Origin: Monosiga brevicollis MX1
Taxonomy: Eukaryota
Direction: 5' to 3'
Length of the DNA: 64,000 nucleotides
NCBI RefSeq assembly: GCF_000002865.3
Contig: NW_001865089.1
Span: 94,794-158,793 of the forward strand
Below are positions 63,201-64,000 of the stretch, piece by piece. A program made the position numbers and the translations under genes. The notes beneath the pieces are model-generated. The model was not told the origin of the DNA. It did not search any database and worked only from the letters and a program-made list of their open reading frames with translations. Positions within the stretch are counted from its first letter, which is position 1; every line of letters starts with the position of its first letter.

Positions 63201-64000
63201 GACGTGTCGGAGCAGAGCGTCGAAGCTATTCTTGCTAAACAACGCACTAGGATTGATTCTCGACAGGCGTTATGGCAGGCCATTGCAGCCGTACTCAACC
63301 CAACAATGAGCGAGAATGTCTTGAACGACGATCCCATTTGTGCCCGGTACCAACTTCTTTTGACGTCGGGCCATATGCGCCAAGCCTCCCCCCGAGGGCT
63401 GCTGTATATATGTGCCGGGAGGGACGCCCACGAGTGCTGGTCGCGGGCATGCGAATTCAATTTTTTTATCAACCTTGAAGACATGCATCATCTACTGAAG
63501 TTGGCAAAACAATGGATGGAGCTTTGTGTGCTCGAGCAGCGGGTTGATCGCCTGTCGCGCCTGGTTCAATGCATGTACGCTGTGTCAAAAGACGAGCAAG
63601 AAGGCTTACGGCAACTACTGCTCCTGGAACTCACCACGACGCGATTGATCTGGCAGCAGCCTGCAGACCATGAATTTGAGATGCAACGCCACCAAACGGG
63701 GGATGATGCAATTCGCCGGGCGACAGAGCGTGCCTGGCTTGTTTTTGAGGTTGAAAACCAACTTCAGATCCGACCCAAGCAATACCATGTTGCCTGGACG
63801 TTGATTCGAGACTCAAAAGCCGGCAAAGCTCCCTTGCTACAGCTGAACATGGGAGAAGGCAAAAGCAAAGTGATTCTGCCGTTGCTTCTGCTACATCAGC
63901 GCGTTCGTCGCCGCTCACAGCGTCCACTACCTTTTGTCTTCTTCTTGCCTCAACTGGTGGACCAATCGCTTGACCATTTGCAACGCACGCTGACGGCCAG
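57273..64000 (+). CDS. Giant DUF3638/DUF3645-type protein (P-loop-like), 3' partial
   Basis: Exons at about 57273-58056 and 58192-58395, then a long frame from about 58521 that appears open to the window end. It is absent from the ORF track, as expected for a frame with no stop. Near the end are RAWLVFEVENQLQIRPKQYHVA and LLQLNMGEGKSKVILPLL (about 63840-63890), the DUF3638 signature. Confidence 0.8.

Overview
Compact, intron-rich (short GT-AG introns) eukaryotic genomic DNA with many (CT)n/(CA)n microsatellites and two assembly gaps. Gene content and style point to a unicellular holozoan, most likely a choanoflagellate such as Monosiga; this is inferred, not shown. Genes I spliced by hand, in order: WBP4-like splicing factor (+, 5' partial), RPGR-like RCC1 protein with a CaaX box (-), EMC3 (+), an EF-hand-like tail-anchored protein (-), a receptor tyrosine kinase of roughly 3000 aa (-), an apparently intact two-gene PIF/Harbinger-type (PHIS) DNA transposon with TIRs and an AAT target duplication, a decayed piggyBac-like transposase, a tandem GT25 glycosyltransferase (-), a 271-bp MITE, a secreted triple-LamG protein (-), an OGFr-domain protein with a PIP box (+), an ETNPPL/PHYKPL-like PLP enzyme (-), fibrillarin (+), a Munc13-4/BAIAP3-like protein with a C-terminal C1 domain (-), ASH2L (+), a bacterial-operon-like FAD oxidoreductase (COG2907/UfaD-like) plus DUF1365 (UfaO-like) unit (+), and a giant DUF3638-type protein that runs off the window (+). 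The best candidate for a new system is the spliced UfaD/UfaO-like unit, a possible furan fatty acid pathway. Its junction reads either as a fusion through a non-canonical AT-AG intron or as two cistrons overlapping at TGATG. All family assignments are from motif recognition by eye; no database searches were run.
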